Assembly (NCBI RefSeq): GCF_003594875.1
Contig: NZ_QZEY01000015.1
Location: forward strand, 1 to 64,000
Direction of reading: 5' to 3'
From: Bailinhaonella thermotolerans
GTDB lineage: Bacteria > Actinomycetota > Actinomycetes > Streptosporangiales > Streptosporangiaceae
DNA length: 64,000 bases
The notes beneath the pieces are model-generated. The model saw only the letters and a program-made list of their open reading frames with translations. It was not told the origin of the DNA and searched no databases. The position numbers were made by a program, and so were the translations under genes. This document shows, piece by piece, positions 1-10,002 of this stretch (the stretch's first letter is position 1; each line of letters starts with the position of its first letter).

Positions 1-157
1 CCATCACAACCCGACCACCAGATCCACATCCACCGATCCACAAAACACGCCCTAGCCGGCGGGAGCCGCGCCGATTCCCCGCGCGGCCGCGCCGCTCTCT
101 CGCGCGGCCGCGCCGTTCCCTCTCGTGGGGGTGTCGTTTCCCCTCGTGGCGTGCCGT

Positions 158-577
<420 letters not shown>

Positions 578-3500
578 TCAGAGGGTCAGCCGGGTGATCG
601 CGGACTCCACGGCGGCCAGGCGGTCGGCCACGAGGCCCAGGGCGGCGACGGCTCGCGTCGCGGGCTCGTCGCCCGCGCCGCCGAGGGCCTGGTCGCGGAC
701 GTACGCCGCCTTGATCTCGGTCCAGCGGCGGGCCCGCTCGGGGGTCAGCGTGCCGCGCAGCTCGGCGAGCTTGAGGAGGTTGGCCTCCGCGCCGCTCGCC
801 AGCATCTGGGCCTCAGCCTGGTAGTGGTCGTCGATCAGGGCCTCCAGCTCATCCCGGTTCATGGCCGGGACGACCCGCTCGGCCAGCTTGTTCATGTTCC
901 GGTAGGAGCCCTGGAGCTGGAACGGGGGCTCGGTGCGGGAGGCGTCGGACCGCGCGGCGGAGTCGATGTAGGCGCGGTTCACCGCCATGACGACCTCCTG
1001 GACCCGCACGAGGTGGCGCAGCACGGCGAGGATCTGGTCGAGCTCGGCCGCGGAGTACGGCCGGGCCAGCCCGTCGGGGTGGGCGGTGGGGTCGCCCTGC
1101 GCCAGCCGTACGAGGAGGTCCAGGTCGGAGCGCCCGGCGGCGGCCAGCGGGGCCAGGACCGGGTTGGACGTCAGGGCGTTCTCCAGGTAGCTGAGGGCGA
1201 AGACCTCGTCGCGGCCGGAGAGGACGTCGCCCAGGTTCCACACGTCGGCCCGGTTCGCGAGCATGTCGGGGACGCGGAACCGGCGGCCGGACTCGGTGTA
1301 CGGGTTGCCGGCCATGCAGACGGCGAAGCGCTTCCCGCGCAGGTCGTAGGTGCGGGTGACGCCGTTCCAGACGCCCTCCATGCGCCGCTGGGCGTCGCAC
1401 AGGGAGATGAACCGCTGCAGCAGCTCGGGGCTGGTGTGCTGGATGTCGTCGAGGTAGAGCAGGACGTTGCCGCCCATCTCCAGGGCGAAGTTGATCTTGT
1501 CCACCTCCTGCCTGGCGGTGGCGTCGGGGGCCTCGGCGGGGTCCAGGCTCGTCACTGCGTGGCCCAGCGCGGGCCCGTTGACCTTGACGAACGTCAGGCC
1601 GAGGCGGTCGGCGACGTACTCCATCAGGGTGGTCTTGCCGTATCCCGGCGGGGAGATCAGCAGGAGCAGCCCCATCTGGTCCGTGCGCTTGGCGTCCCCG
1701 GCCGCGCCGAGCTGCTTGGCCAGGTTGTCGCCGATGAGCGGCAGGTAGACCTCGTCGAGCAGGCGGTTGCGGACGAACGCGCTCATCACCCGCGGCCGGT
1801 ACTCCTCCAGGCGCAGCCGCGCGCGCTCCCGGGCCACCAGGTCGTTGCGGAGCCGCTGGTAGGCGCGGTACGCCGGGACGCGTTCGGCGCGGAAGGCGCG
1901 GGTGCGGGCGAGGGTCTCGTCCAGGCGCAGGCCGAGACGGCGGCCGGCGATCCGGGGGTGGGCGCCGAGGAGGCCGTCCACGGTCGCGGTGAGCGTCGCC
2001 GCGGACTCGTGCCGGGGCAGGGCGCCCCCGCAGAGCTCGATCGCGATCGCCTCGGGCAGGTCGTGCTCGGCGCCCGCGGCCTCCTCCACGGCGCCCGACG
2101 CCCGCTCCGCCGCGAGGTAGGCCCGGAACCACGCCTCCGCGAGCTGCCGCCGGGCCGCCAGGTCGTCGCCCAGCGCGCGCAGGTCGTCGTCGAACTCCTT
2201 GGCGCGCGGCCCGCCCAGCGCCCGGCGGAACCGCTCCACCAGGCGGCGGGCCCCGGCGCCGGTCACGAACCCGAACGGCGCGGTCGCCAGCTCCTCGAAG
2301 AGGTACTCCCCGGCCAGGCCCGCGCCGCCCGCCGCGCTGACTCCACCAGCCGCGCCCGTCCCGCCGGAGTGCCCGTCCCCGGGGTGCCCGGTGAAGGCGG
2401 TGATCGCCGCGTCCAGCTCCGCGCACAGGGCGGCGATCGCGTCCCCGCCGAGCCCGAACGCCTCCCGGGCCCGACCGAGCGACCGCGCCCGGGTCGTCCA
2501 CGTCCCCCGCGCCCGCTCGTCCGCGCCGAAGGCCCAGAAGAGCTGCGCCGCCGCCCGCGCCGCCGGGGGATACCGCAGCGTGCCCGCCCCGGCGTGCAGC
2601 CGCAGCAGCGCGTCGAGGATCGCCGCCGCGTCGTGGTCGTGCACGCCGCGCTCGTACCCCTCGTCGTACCGGGACGCGGCGGCCCGCCGTACGACGTCGA
2701 GCAGCCCGCCCTCGGCCACCGCGGCCTCGTGCAGCGCCTCCAGCGTCAGCCCCCGCTCGCCGCCGGCCCGCGGCCCGGGACCCCCCGCCCCGTTCGCGCC
2801 GGTCGCGTGGCTCAGGCCGTACGGCGCGGCGCCCGACGCCTCGGCGAGGACGGCCGCGGCCAGGTGCTCGGCGCGGTACACCTCGGGCGTCTCGGAGACC
2901 AGGAGCTGGTCCCAGTACGGCCGGGTGGCCTCGAACGCGGCGTCGCGGACGGGCTGCCGGTAGTCGGTGCCGGTGATGGCGTACGCCATGCCGCCCTCGT
3001 GCGGCACGAGCGTCAGGTCGAGCGGCTGGGTGTTGACCGCGAACCGGTGCCGGCCCAGCCGGATCGCCGCGCCGCCGGCGTCGTAGAGGTCGGCCCGGTC
3101 GCGCAGCCCCCGCCCGGCCTCCTGGCGCGCGGCCTTGAGCCGCCCGGCCAGTTCCTCGGCGCGGACCTGGTCGCCGAGGGCGCGGAGCTCCTCGGCCACC
3201 GCGCGGACCCGCGCCACCATCGGGTCCGCCGCGAAGTAGGTGTTCACCTCGTCCTGCGAGCCCAGGGCGGCCAGGCGCCGCCGTACCCCGGACAGGACGC
3301 GCTCGGCCGACTCCATCAGCCGGTCCGCGCGCCGCGCGCGCTCGTCCAGGAGCGCCTGCCGCCGCGAGGAGAACGCCTCGTAGACGTCCTCCCGCTTGGT
3401 CGCCAGCTCGGCCAGGAAGTCGTCGAAGTCGGCGAACCGCGTCTCCAGGTTCTCCACCTGGAGCAGCAGCCGCCCGAGCTGTTCCTCGCACCGCTCCGGG

Positions 3501-5686
3501 GTGTCCGCCATCGCCAGCGCGCCCGTGATCGCCTGCCCGAGCAGCGCGAACTCGGCCGCGAACTCCGCCCGCCCCTCGGCCGACCGCAGCTCCCGGCGGC
3601 GCGCGTCCAGGGTGGCCCGAGCGCGGTTGACCCCGGCCAGCACCTCCCCGACGCGTTCCAGGATCGCCGTGCGCACGGTGGCGTCGGCGATGTCCAGCGT
3701 CCCGACGACCTCGACGACGATCTCCAGCCCCGCCGACTGCTCGCCCAGGCGCTCCCCGATCGGCCCGGCCTCCGCCACCGTCCCGATCCCGGCGGCCTGC
3801 CCGACCAGCTCCGACACCTGCGCCTGGTAGTCGGCGAACGCGTCCCGCCCGCGCAGGAACTCGACCGCCCGCCGGGCCGCCGCCGTGACCTCCTCCTCCA
3901 GCCGCGCCGCGAGCACGTCGATCCGCTCCAGGTCGGCGTACCGCAGCTCGCGCAGCGTCGCCAGGTGGCCCTGGGCCCGCCGCAGGTCCGCGAGCCGGGT
4001 CACCCACGCCCGCGCGCTGAGCGGGGTCTCGCCGCGCGCCCGCCGCGCCAGCGCCTCGACCGACGCCTCCGCCTCGCCGACCGCGGCCGCGGCCTGCTCC
4101 GTGAGCCGCTGGACCTGCTCGTACTCCTCCAGCGCGCGCTCGGCCGTCGCCCGCAGCTCCGCCAGCGGCGTGCGCAGGTCGCCCAGCTCGGGGTCGCCCA
4201 GCCAGTGGTACTGGTCGAACAGCCGCGTGCACGTCCCCACCAGCGCCTCGAACACCGCCGCCGACGGGTTCATCTCGCGCGCCATCCGGGCCGCCGACAC
4301 GCAGTCGGAGATGCCGCGCACCAGCTCGGCGTTCCCGATGCGCTCCAGCGGGCCGGTCCCCACCGGCTGCCGCGCGGCGTACGTGTCCGAGACGTACGGC
4401 GTCTGCCACACCTGCATCGGGTGCACCCGGGTCGGCTCGTCGGAGTCCGCCCGGAAGATCACCATCGTGCCGTCCTCGAACAGGGAGTACCCGTGGCACG
4501 GGATCGGCGTCGCCACCTCCTTGCGGATCATGTTGTACGGCAGGAGCAGCGTCCGCCCCTCGGCCCGCGCGTGGAACACGTACAGCGCGTCCTCGCCGTT
4601 GGGGGAGCGGATCACCCGCTCGAACTCCAGGCTCTCCACGTCGGTGTCGAACGTCTTCACGACCCCGGTGACCAGGTAGTACCCGCCGGGGAAGATGATC
4701 CCCTGGTCCTCGGGGAGCCGCTGGCACGCCTGCCCGATCCCGTCCAGCCGCGCCACGGTCCGCGTGCGCGTGTTGAAGACCAGGTGCCGCCAGGCCGTCT
4801 CGTTGTACGGCCGGACGCGCAGCAGGATCAGCGGCCCCACCCGGGCGTGGTGCACGTCGGCGTCCGCCAGGCTCTGCAGCCTCTCGGCGACCGGCTCGCT
4901 GTAGACGCCCTCCCCGGTCTCGGTGTTGTTCTCCACCTTGATCGTCAGGTCGCCGCCGATCGTCTCGACGAACAGCTCGCCCCCGATCGAGATGTGCGGG
5001 TGCCGCCCGAGCACGTGGTCCTCGCGGGTCGTCTCGACCCACTCGAAGTCGTGCGCGGGCGGGAACACGTGGTCACGCTCGCCCCGGTTGTCGATGTACT
5101 CGGCGGTCCCGTCCGGGGCCACCCGCCAGCGCAGCACCCGGATGTCCTCGGTGCGCGGCCCCGTCTGGAACACCGCCAGCAGCTTGCCCTCGACCCGCCG
5201 GAGCTGGAGCAGCCGGGTCTCCCGGTAGTAGCGGTACAGCTCGGCGAAGTCCCGCTCGAACGCCGGGTCGGCGAACAGCGCGGAGGACGCCCGGTCGAAC
5301 CGGAAGGCGTCCCCCTCCCGCGTGAAGGTGTGCAGCGAGAACACGTCCGCCACGGTCGTCTCGGGCTTGAGCCCGATGAACACGTTGTACCCGAACACCA
5401 TCACGCCGCCGACGGACACGATGTCGCGGGGCACGCAGTTGTTCTCGGTCCGCAGCCGCTCGGTCCCGACGACCCGCAGCTCCGCCCCGCCGAACACCTC
5501 CACCCGCCGCGAGTTCAGCCCCTCGGCCCGGCGCGCCAGCTCCCCGGCCTGCTCGGCCAGCCGCGCGCGCAGCACCTCGTAGGTCCCGGTCCCGAGGGCC
5601 GGGCCCTCCGCCGGCCCCGGCCCGGCGGTTCCCCGCCGGGCCGGCTCCCGCCGCCCTGACTCCTGCGGCACTGTCTCCTGCGTCAC
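578..5686 (-). CDS. Giant (1702 aa) protein with C-terminal AAA+ ATPase domain; N-terminal ~450-aa beta-rich domain and central ~700-aa Ala/Arg/Glu/Leu-rich helical (coiled-coil-like) region of unknown function
   Basis: Single uninterrupted ORF with GTG start and an aggaacgcggag RBS. Walker A LLLISPPGYGKTTLMEY, Walker B NVLLYLDDIQH and a sensor-like FAVCMAGNPY motif are confined to the last ~350 aa. No TM segments. Sits 79 bp downstream of the flotillin gene on the same strand. Confidence 0.85.
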   Translation of the reverse strand: MTQETVPQESGRREPARRGTAGPGPAEGPALGTGTYEVLRARLAEQAGELARRAEGLNSRRVEVFGGAELRVVGTERLRTENNCVPRDIVSVGGVMVFGYNVFIGLKPETTVADVFSLHTFTREGDAFRFDRASSALFADPAFERDFAELYRYYRETRLLQLRRVEGKLLAVFQTGPRTEDIRVLRWRVAPDGTAEYIDNRGERDHVFPPAHDFEWVETTREDHVLGRHPHISIGGELFVETIGGDLTIKVENNTETGEGVYSEPVAERLQSLADADVHHARVGPLILLRVRPYNETAWRHLVFNTRTRTVARLDGIGQACQRLPEDQGIIFPGGYYLVTGVVKTFDTDVESLEFERVIRSPNGEDALYVFHARAEGRTLLLPYNMIRKEVATPIPCHGYSLFEDGTMVIFRADSDEPTRVHPMQVWQTPYVSDTYAARQPVGTGPLERIGNAELVRGISDCVSAARMAREMNPSAAVFEALVGTCTRLFDQYHWLGDPELGDLRTPLAELRATAERALEEYEQVQRLTEQAAAAVGEAEASVEALARRARGETPLSARAWVTRLADLRRAQGHLATLRELRYADLERIDVLAARLEEEVTAAARRAVEFLRGRDAFADYQAQVSELVGQAAGIGTVAEAGPIGERLGEQSAGLEIVVEVVGTLDIADATVRTAILERVGEVLAGVNRARATLDARRRELRSAEGRAEFAAEFALLGQAITGALAMADTPERCEEQLGRLLLQVENLETRFADFDDFLAELATKREDVYEAFSSRRQALLDERARRADRLMESAERVLSGVRRRLAALGSQDEVNTYFAADPMVARVRAVAEELRALGDQVRAEELAGRLKAARQEAGRGLRDRADLYDAGGAAIRLGRHRFAVNTQPLDLTLVPHEGGMAYAITGTDYRQPVRDAAFEATRPYWDQLLVSETPEVYRAEHLAAAVLAEASGAAPYGLSHATGANGAGGPGPRAGGERGLTLEALHEAAVAEGGLLDVVRRAAASRYDEGYERGVHDHDAAAILDALLRLHAGAGTLRYPPAARAAAQLFWAFGADERARGTWTTRARSLGRAREAFGLGGDAIAALCAELDAAITAFTGHPGDGHSGGTGAAGGVSAAGGAGLAGEYLFEELATAPFGFVTGAGARRLVERFRRALGGPRAKEFDDDLRALGDDLAARRQLAEAWFRAYLAAERASGAVEEAAGAEHDLPEAIAIELCGGALPRHESAATLTATVDGLLGAHPRIAGRRLGLRLDETLARTRAFRAERVPAYRAYQRLRNDLVARERARLRLEEYRPRVMSAFVRNRLLDEVYLPLIGDNLAKQLGAAGDAKRTDQMGLLLLISPPGYGKTTLMEYVADRLGLTFVKVNGPALGHAVTSLDPAEAPDATARQEVDKINFALEMGGNVLLYLDDIQHTSPELLQRFISLCDAQRRMEGVWNGVTRTYDLRGKRFAVCMAGNPYTESGRRFRVPDMLANRADVWNLGDVLSGRDEVFALSYLENALTSNPVLAPLAAAGRSDLDLLVRLAQGDPTAHPDGLARPYSAAELDQILAVLRHLVRVQEVVMAVNRAYIDSAARSDASRTEPPFQLQGSYRNMNKLAERVVPAMNRDELEALIDDHYQAEAQMLASGAEANLLKLAELRGTLTPERARRWTEIKAAYVRDQALGGAGDEPATRAVAALGLVADRLAAVESAITRLTL

Positions 5687-5765
5687 GTACGGCTCCGCGT
5701 TCCTAGCCTGGTGGTCGTCGGTCGGGCCCGCGCCCCCGCGTGGCCCGGGCGGGGTTCCGGGGGCG

Positions 5766-7832
5766 TCAGTCGGCGCTGGTCGCGGTCACTGCCGGGGCGC
5801 GCTGGGGGGCCGCGGCGGAGGCGAGGAGTTCCTGGAGCCTGCCGGGGTCGCCGCCGCCGGACTGGAGGAACTTGGCGAGGGCCGCGGAGAGGGTCAGGTC
5901 GCGCACTCCGGCCGGGTTGAGCGAGCCGAGCAGCTTGGCCAGGTCCTCCGGGAGGCTGGACTCGCCGTCCAGCCAGGGGGCGCCGAGCCGCTGGGCGACC
6001 TGGGAGTGCTCCACGAAGCCGTCCACGCTCTTGCCCATGCCGACCGCCGAGGTGACGCGGTCGAAGAAGGCCCCGTCGCCGCCGACGATGTCGATGTCGG
6101 CCTTGGCCAGGCCCGCGGCGAGCACCTCGGCCTGGGCCTCGGCCACCCGGCGCTGGACCTCGATGCCGGCCAGCCGGACCTCCTTGTCGGCCTCCAGGCG
6201 CAGGCGGTACTCCTCGTGCGCCCGGCTGGCCTCGTCCAGCGCGGCCATCGCGGCGGCCTTCTCGGTCAGGCCCTCGGCCTCGGCCTTCAGCCGCTCGCCC
6301 ACCGCCGCCGCGGCCGCGAGCGCCTTGGCCTGCTCGCCCTCCGCCTCGGCCTTCAGCCGCTCGCCGATCCCGGCGGCCTCGGCCAGTGCCTTCTCGCGCT
6401 CGACGACCGCCTCGGCGCGGCCCACCTTCTCGATGGCCTCGGCGTCGCGCTCACGCACCTGCACCTGGGCCAGCCCCGCCGCCGCGGCCTCGGCCTGGAC
6501 ACCCTCGGCCAGCCGGATCTTGGCGCGCGCGTCCAGGTCGGCGGCCTGCTGCCGCGCCTCGGCGAGCACCAGCTCCTCGCGGGCCCGGAACTTGGCGGCC
6601 TGCTCGGCGGCCTCGGCGGCCTTGATGCCCTTGACCAGGTTCTCCTGCGCCTCGGCCTCGGCCTGGATCACCACCGCCTGGCGGGTGCGCTCGGCCTCCT
6701 CGACCACGCGCAGCCGCTTGATGTTCTCCTCCTGCTCGGCGACGGTCTTCTCGACCGCGATCCGCTCGCGGACCACCTCGGCCACGCCCCGCCGTTCGGT
6801 CTCGACCTCCTTGTCCTTGGCGATCTTGGACAGCTCGGTCTCCCGGTCGCGGGCGATGACCTCCAGCAGGCGGTCCTTCTCGATCCGCTCGCTCTCGATC
6901 GCGATCACGCGCTCGCGGTTCTTCTGGGCGACGGCGATCTCGCGGTCGCGGTTCTCGCGCTGGATGCCGAGCTGCTCGTCGGTGCGGATGCCCGCGGTCT
7001 GGGCCTTCAGCCGCTCCTCGGCCTGGACCTTGGCGATCTCGGCCTCCTCGCGGGCGCGCATGGTCTCGACCTCGCGCTTCTGCTTGATCTCCGCGTCGGC
7101 CTGGCGGCGTTCGAGTTCGAGGATGGCCTCCCGGGCGTCCACGTTCTGCCGGGTGATCTCCTTCTCCTCGTGGCGGCGGAACTCGTTGGTGCGCACGTGC
7201 TCGATCGCCGTCAGCTCGGTGATCTTGCGGATGCCCTGGGCGTCGAGGATGTTGTCGGCGTTGAGCTGGTCGAGCGGCGTCTGCTCCAGGTAGTCGATCG
7301 CCGCGTCCTCCAGGCTGTACCCGTTGAGGTCGGTGCCGATGACCTGGATGATCTGGTCGCGGAACTCCTCGCGCTTGGTGTAGAGGTCCACGAAGTCGAG
7401 CTGCTTGCCGACGGTCTTGAGCGCCTCGGAGAACTTGGCGTTGAACAGCGTCTGGAGCGTGCCCTCGTCGCTCGCGCGCTCGGTGCCGATGGCCTGCGCC
7501 ACCTTGATCACGTCCTCGGCGGTCTTGTTGACCCGCACGAAGAACGAGATGCGGATGTCCGCCCGGATGTTGTCCTGGCAGATCAGGCCCTCCTGGCCGC
7601 TGCGCTCGATCTCGATGGTCTTCACCGAGATGTCCATGATCTCGGCCTTGTGGAGCACGGGCAGCACCACGGCCCCGGTGAACGTCACGTCCACGTTCCG
7701 GACCTTGGAGATGATCAGCGCCTTGCCCTGCTCGACCTTGCGGAACAGGCGGCCGACGACGAGCAGCAGGACGAGCGCGAGCAGCAGGACGACGGCCAGG
7801 AGCACGCCGAAACCGGTGGAGATGACGTCCAT
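5766..7832 (-). CDS. Flotillin family protein (SPFH/band-7 domain, N-terminal membrane anchor, C-terminal EA-rich coiled coil)
   Basis: N-terminal hydrophobic segment GFGVLLAVVLLLALVLLLVV, then an SPFH core (ALIISKVRNVDVTF...ISVKTIEIERSGQEGLICQDNIRADIRISFFVRV) and a long C-terminal tail of AEAEG/EA repeats typical of FloT/YuaG. Confidence 0.9.
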   Translation of the reverse strand: MDVISTGFGVLLAVVLLLALVLLLVVGRLFRKVEQGKALIISKVRNVDVTFTGAVVLPVLHKAEIMDISVKTIEIERSGQEGLICQDNIRADIRISFFVRVNKTAEDVIKVAQAIGTERASDEGTLQTLFNAKFSEALKTVGKQLDFVDLYTKREEFRDQIIQVIGTDLNGYSLEDAAIDYLEQTPLDQLNADNILDAQGIRKITELTAIEHVRTNEFRRHEEKEITRQNVDAREAILELERRQADAEIKQKREVETMRAREEAEIAKVQAEERLKAQTAGIRTDEQLGIQRENRDREIAVAQKNRERVIAIESERIEKDRLLEVIARDRETELSKIAKDKEVETERRGVAEVVRERIAVEKTVAEQEENIKRLRVVEEAERTRQAVVIQAEAEAQENLVKGIKAAEAAEQAAKFRAREELVLAEARQQAADLDARAKIRLAEGVQAEAAAAGLAQVQVRERDAEAIEKVGRAEAVVEREKALAEAAGIGERLKAEAEGEQAKALAAAAAVGERLKAEAEGLTEKAAAMAALDEASRAHEEYRLRLEADKEVRLAGIEVQRRVAEAQAEVLAAGLAKADIDIVGGDGAFFDRVTSAVGMGKSVDGFVEHSQVAQRLGAPWLDGESSLPEDLAKLLGSLNPAGVRDLTLSAALAKFLQSGGGDPGRLQELLASAAAPQRAPAVTATSAD

Positions 7833-7860
7833 GTGGTCCCTTGAGGTGAGGAGACGTACG

Positions 7861-8481
7861 TCAGGTGAGAGGTCGTTCCGGGTCGAGCCCGGCGTCGTAC
7901 GGCATGACGCGGAAGAACTCGCCCGCCGTGTCGTAGTCGAAGATCAGCGCGCGGTCGCCGGCGCGCAGCGGCGCGTCCCCGTCGATCCCCCGGACCTGGA
8001 CGATCGCGGTGGAGCCGTCCGCGGCGCGCACCTCGGCCTGCCCGAAGTCCCCGGTCACGCGTCCGGTGCGGATCACGCACATCCGCCCCACGAAGTCGTT
8101 CCGTGAGGGCGCCCGCTCGCTCGCGAAGACCCGCCGCAGCGGCGTCACCAGCGACCGGGTCCCGAGCCAGGCGGCCCCGAGGGCGACGGCGAGCACGAGC
8201 ACGCGCATCGCCGTACCGGAGACCAGGGCGCTTCCGGCCAGGCTGACGAACCAGGCCAGCACGACGAGCAGCGAGAGCACGACGGTGACCGGAACGCCGC
8301 CGAGGCCGAGCGCCGGGAGAAAACCCGAGGAGGCGTTTTCTGCGCCGACGTCATCCCCGTCCAGAATGTCGAGATCGAGCCCGATGAGCAGGGCCAGGAG
8401 CCAGTAGATGACGACGATCACCAGGGCGAAGCTGAACAACACGGTGGGAAAAGCAAGTGCGACCCCCATGAATTCGCCCAT
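7861..8481 (-). CDS. NfeD-like (YuaF/YqiJ-type) membrane protein with C-terminal OB-fold beta-barrel
   Basis: C-terminal 206 aa of ORF 7861..9873, starting MGEFMGVALAF. Three predicted TM helices are followed by a soluble domain (GRMCVIRTGRVTGDFGQAEVRAADGSTAIVQVRG...LIFDYD). Stop lies 28 bp before the flotillin start, the classic NfeD-SPFH pairing. Confidence 0.8.
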   Translation of the reverse strand: MGEFMGVALAFPTVLFSFALVIVVIYWLLALLIGLDLDILDGDDVGAENASSGFLPALGLGGVPVTVVLSLLVVLAWFVSLAGSALVSGTAMRVLVLAVALGAAWLGTRSLVTPLRRVFASERAPSRNDFVGRMCVIRTGRVTGDFGQAEVRAADGSTAIVQVRGIDGDAPLRAGDRALIFDYDTAGEFFRVMPYDAGLDPERPLT

Positions 8482-8692
8482 GTCGGCGACGATCCTCCCC
8501 GGCCATCGGCCCCAACGATCCCCCGATCCTGGATGGCTGACCCCGGAACATATCCTCATATTTCCGGGGTTGCAATGCTTTCGACCGATTAATTGTGTGG
8601 GAAACGTGCGGAGAGCGCCGCGGAGTTCCCTCGCGGCGATCGTCTTTTGCGGAAATCGGGGTAACTTTCTGTCATCGACTCCATCGGATTCC
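8482..8692. promoter_or_regulatory. Divergent promoter region between the NfeD-flotillin operon and the sugar ABC operon, with a palindrome CCGGAACATATCCTCATATTTCCGG
   Basis: AT-richer 210-bp gap. Imperfect dyad CCGGAA-N13-TTCCGG at ~8545-8569 and TTGCAA / TTAATTGTGTGG -35/-10-like hexamers. Confidence 0.4.
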
Positions 8693-8844
8693 GTGACCGC
8701 GCTCACCGCCGGAGGAGGCCGCGCGCGCCTCGCCGCGCCCCCGCCTTCTCCCGCGGCCTCGCGGCGGGCTGCCTGCTCGCCGCGGCCGCCGCGTGCGGGG
8801 ATTCCGGTGAGCGGGACGCGCGGGAGCTGACCGTCTGGCTCCAG

Positions 8845-10002
8845 GTGGACGCGCGGCTCCAGTGGCCCGAGGCGGTCGCCGCCGCCACCGCGGACTTCTC
8901 CCGGCGGCATCCCGGGGTGCGGGTGAAGGTGGCCTACCAGTCCTGGTCGGACCACACCGCCAAGTTCGACGCCTCCGCGCAGGGCGGCCGGACCCCCGAC
9001 GTGATCGAGATGGGCACCACCGAGACGCCGCAGTACATAGCCGCGGGTGCCTTCGCCGACCTGACGGCCGAGAAGGCGACCTTCGAGCACTCCGCCGCCT
9101 GGCTGCCCGCGCTGACCACCGCGTGCACGCACGCCGGGCGCCTGCGCTGCGTGCCGTACTACGGCTCCAACCGCGCCGTCGTCTACCGCCGCGACCTGCT
9201 CGCGGAGGCCGGCGCGACCGAGCCGCCCCGCACCTGGCGGGAGCTGATGGCGCTGATCGGCCGGCTGTCCGCGCGGCACCGGGCCGACCCGGCGTTCTCG
9301 CCGTTCTTCTTCCCGGGCCAGCACCAGTACGCCGCGATGCCGTTCGTCTACGACGCGGGCGGCGCGGTCGCCGTACGGCGGGCCGACGGCTCGTGGGACG
9401 CGCGGTTCTCCTCGCCGGAGGGGCGGCGCGGGCTGGCGAACTGGAAGGCGCTGATGGACGCGGGCTACCGGGGCGACCGCACGATCAACGACCTGACCGC
9501 GTTCAGCACGATGGTCGCGGGCAAGACGGCGATGTTCTACGACGCGGGCGGGCACCTGCGCCGGGTGTACGGCCCGCAGGGCGATCCGGCGCTCGCGGAC
9601 CTGGTGGGCTCGTTCCGGCTGCCGAGCCCGGCGCGGAAGGGCGCGTACGTCCCGTCGTTCATGGGCGGGTCGGTGCTGGCCGTGCCGGTGAAGAGCCGGC
9701 ACCGGCGGTGGGCGTTGGACTGGATCCGGGCCTACACCGCGACGGCGAACCAGCGGCGGTTCGTCGCGGGCGGGGGACTGGCGAGCTCGACGGCGGTGAC
9801 GGCCCGCGACCCGCGCATGAAGGGCTACGTCGAGTCGCTGACCGGGACGTGGAGCGTGCCGTCCGCGGAGCACTGGGCGCAGGTGGAGAAGACCAAGATC
9901 ATCCCGAACATGCTGGTGGACATCGCCACCGGGCAGGTGAGCGTCGCCGCCGCGACCCGCGCCGCCGACGGCGCCATCGAAGAGATCCTGAACGGCTCGT
10001 GA
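8845..10002 (+). CDS. ABC transporter substrate-binding protein (family 1, sugar-type); 5' end apparently frameshifted (signal peptide/lipobox encoded upstream in a frame lacking a start codon)
   Basis: SBP family-1-like body. Upstream (8710-8844) the same frame encodes RRRPRAPRRAPAFSRGLAAGCLLAAAAACGDSGE (lipoprotein signal) with no ATG/GTG/TTG. A GTG at 8693 in the -1 frame would join if the C5 run at 8738-8742 were C6. Confidence 0.7.
   Translation: MDARLQWPEAVAAATADFSRRHPGVRVKVAYQSWSDHTAKFDASAQGGRTPDVIEMGTTETPQYIAAGAFADLTAEKATFEHSAAWLPALTTACTHAGRLRCVPYYGSNRAVVYRRDLLAEAGATEPPRTWRELMALIGRLSARHRADPAFSPFFFPGQHQYAAMPFVYDAGGAVAVRRADGSWDARFSSPEGRRGLANWKALMDAGYRGDRTINDLTAFSTMVAGKTAMFYDAGGHLRRVYGPQGDPALADLVGSFRLPSPARKGAYVPSFMGGSVLAVPVKSRHRRWALDWIRAYTATANQRRFVAGGGLASSTAVTARDPRMKGYVESLTGTWSVPSAEHWAQVEKTKIIPNMLVDIATGQVSVAAATRAADGAIEEILNGS

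Noticed and set aside
849-5042. 1397-aa minus-strand ORF in an alternate frame of the giant gene
   Set aside because: It overlaps in the same orientation but is out of frame. The product is Arg/Gly/Ala/Pro-rich with no domain, so the 578..5686 frame carrying Walker motifs is the real one.
824-5659. 1611-aa plus-strand ORF
   Set aside because: It is antisense to the 1702-aa AAA+ gene and its translation is Arg/Pro/Gly/Val low-complexity with no motifs. This is a typical GC-rich antisense open frame.
5740-7844. 517-aa and 612-aa plus-strand ORFs
   Set aside because: They are antisense to the flotillin gene and their products are low-complexity.
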